Assembly: GCF_009914755.1 (NCBI RefSeq)
Contig: NC_060947.1
DNA: 64,000 nt
From: the human T2T-CHM13v2.0 reference genome, Homo sapiens
Strand: one strand, 5' to 3'
Both the position numbers and the translations under genes were made by a program. Under the pieces are notes generated by a model that did not search any database, was not told the origin of the DNA, and saw nothing but the letters and a program-made list of their open reading frames with translations. Below are positions 61,701-64,000 of the stretch, piece after piece (positions within the stretch are counted from its first letter, which is position 1; each line of letters begins with the position of its first letter).

Positions 61701-63130
61701 TACCAAAACTGACTTAAGAAGGAACAAAAAACCCTGCATTTTCTTACAAGCATTAAATATACTGAATTTGCTATTAAAAACCTTCCTGCAAAGAAAAACT
61801 CCAAGTCCAGATGGCTTCACCAGTGCGTTCTACCAAATATTCAAGAGTGATAGCCAGGTATGGTGGTGCACACCTGTAATCCCAGCTACTCTGGCAGTTG
61901 AGGCACGAGAATAGCTTGAACCCAGGAGGCAGAGGTGGCAGTGAGCCGAGATCATGCCACTGCACTTTAGCCCGGGTGACAGAGCAATACTCTGTCTCAA
62001 AAAAAAAAAAAAAAAAAAAAAGAAAAGAAAAAAAAGAAAGAAAAAAAGAATGAAATAATTCCAAACTTATACAAATTTATCCAGAGAATAAGAAAAGGGG
62101 ACATTTCTAGCTAATTTTATGAAGCTAACCTTGATAAAATCTGAAAAAGAAACTATGAAAAAAATTATAGGCCAATTTCATTCATGAACATTAATGCAAA
62201 AATCCTAAACAAAATATTAGCAAATTGAAACTAGCAATGTTTAAAAATATAATAACCAAATTGGGTTCATATTAAGAATGCAAAGTTGCTTTAACACACA
62301 CACACAAAATAAATGGATGTAATTCTGCCACCTTAACAAATTCAAGGAGAAAAATCTGATGTAATCTCAATAGATGGAAGATGATAATTGTCCCTTAAGT
62401 CAATCTATAATTTTAATATAATTAAGACTTATTATAAAACTGTAGTAATTAAGACAGGGTAGTATTTTCATAGGAAGAGACAAATAATCCAATGTAATAG
62501 AATACAGCACAGAGAGATACATACTGTACACGCTTTGACACTTCATATACAACTGAAATGGCATGAGAAGCATGCATTTTTGATTAATAATGCAGTAAAA
62601 ACTGAGTATAGGACAAAAATGAAAATTGACCCCTACAACACACCATATATAAAAATCAACTTTAGGAAGATAAAGGACCAAAATGTGAAAAAGCAAAACT
62701 TTTAGAACATGGGAGGCTACCTTTGTATCCTCAGGATAAAGAAGAGTTTATAAAAGAAGGAAAAAGTAGCAGAACCAAAGGAAAACATTGATACATTCAA
62801 CTGCATTAAAATTAAGTACTTCTGTTTATCAAGATACATCACAAAAGAGTGAAAGGACTGGCCACAAGGGGAGAGAAAATTTTGCAGCATCTATGAGCCA
62901 ATAAATGACTCATATCCAGAATATACAAATAACTTCTGAAAATCAACAAGAAAAAGACAGACAACCTAACAGAAAAATTAGCAAAAGACTTAAATAGACA
63001 GTTGATAAAAGGGGAAATTCAAACAGCCAGTAAACATGAAAAGGTACTCAACTTGATTGGAAAATGCAAATGAAAACCGTAATGAGAAACCATTACACAC
63101 CCATTTGATAGGCAAAAATTGAAGCCTTTC
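61700..63130 (+). mobile_element. Old L1M ORF2 fragments with an Alu right monomer (61851-62047)
   Basis: [14 protein letters not shown]-like frame; CATTAATGCAAAAATCCTAAAC. Confidence 0.8.
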
Positions 63131-63569
63131 AGGAGTGGAAGTTCAGGGTGTGGCTGATTAAGGAGTTAGGCAAATCCACTCCCTAAAAAGCAAATATAAA
63201 GCTAGGCTAAATCATACAAGCGACCATTTTGGCACTTTAGAAACTAACCTAAGGTGTACATGAATCTGAGAAGAACTTATGCTTGAAAAACTGCTTGACT
63301 TTGGGTAAGAACATTGAAAATCTGTGGCCTAGGGATGCTCCTATCTCATATCAGTTCCAGTGTGGAGGAGGTTCTGTCAGATCTTGAGTTGGCAGCTTTT
63401 CTGCCAAGGTCAAGGGGCAGGACCCATTCTATTTTGAGAAAAGGGCAGTGCCCATGCTTAGCATCACTGTCAATGGAACTGATTTCTAGGAGGCTGGCCA
63501 GTGGGAGAAGGCCAGTGGATTGGTCCTATTAGTCTGAGGTCGTGGTTGTAGTTGGGGTAAATGTATTTC

Positions 63570-64000
63570 TTGTTTTAAAATTTAAATTGTAATCTTAGAT
63601 TCAGGGGGCACATGTGCAGGTTTGTTACATGAGTATATTGCATGTAATGATCCAATCGCCCAAGTAGTGAACATAGTACCTAATAGGTAGTTTTCCAACC
63701 ATTACCTCATTCCCTACCTCCCCACTTTTGGAATCCCCAGTATTTACTGTTCCCATCTTTGTGTCTGTGTGTGTGTGGCCAATGTTTAGCTCCCACTTAT
63801 AAGTGAGAACATGTGGTATTTGGTTTTCTGTTTCTATGTTAATTCGCTTAGGATAGTGGCCTCCAGCTGCATCCATGTTGCTGCAAAGGATATGATTTTT
63901 TTCTTTTTGTTGCTGTGTAGTATTCCATGGTGTATATATACCACATTATCTTTATCCAATCCACCATTGATGGGCACCTGGGTTGAGTCCATATCTTTGC
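63570..64000 (-). mobile_element. L1PB-type 3' end running off the window
   Basis: Antisense L1 3'UTR and ORF2 end (CTCCCACTTATAAGTGAGAACATG). Confidence 0.85.

Overview
This is primate (almost certainly human) genomic DNA, AT-rich and dense in repeats, with no intact cellular protein-coding gene recognised. Repeats: two young full-length LINE-1s in opposite orientation (1201-7234 +, 51425-57455 -), and a complete MLT1C-type MaLR element (11426-22580 -) carrying a ~2.9-kb 27/81-bp higher-order minisatellite and a nested pol-less ERV1. There are also many Alus, MIR/L2/old L1 fragments, a MADE1 and a BC200-type retrocopy. Three decayed protein-coding signals missed by the ORF track lie between the repeats. 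(1) Exons 1-3 of an FSIP2-like unprocessed pseudogene on the minus strand (7951-409), with ATG>CTG and an L1 in intron 2; by recollection this matches FSIP2LP on human X near RBMX2/ENOX2. (2) An intronless myotubularin (MTMR6/7/8) retrocopy fragment (29979-30307 +). (3) Most speculatively, a chain of minus-strand exon-like segments with canonical splice sites and often matching phases from ~60156 to ~24710, resembling a large lost multi-exon gene I cannot name. All homology and subfamily calls come from memory of consensus or protein sequences, not from database searches.
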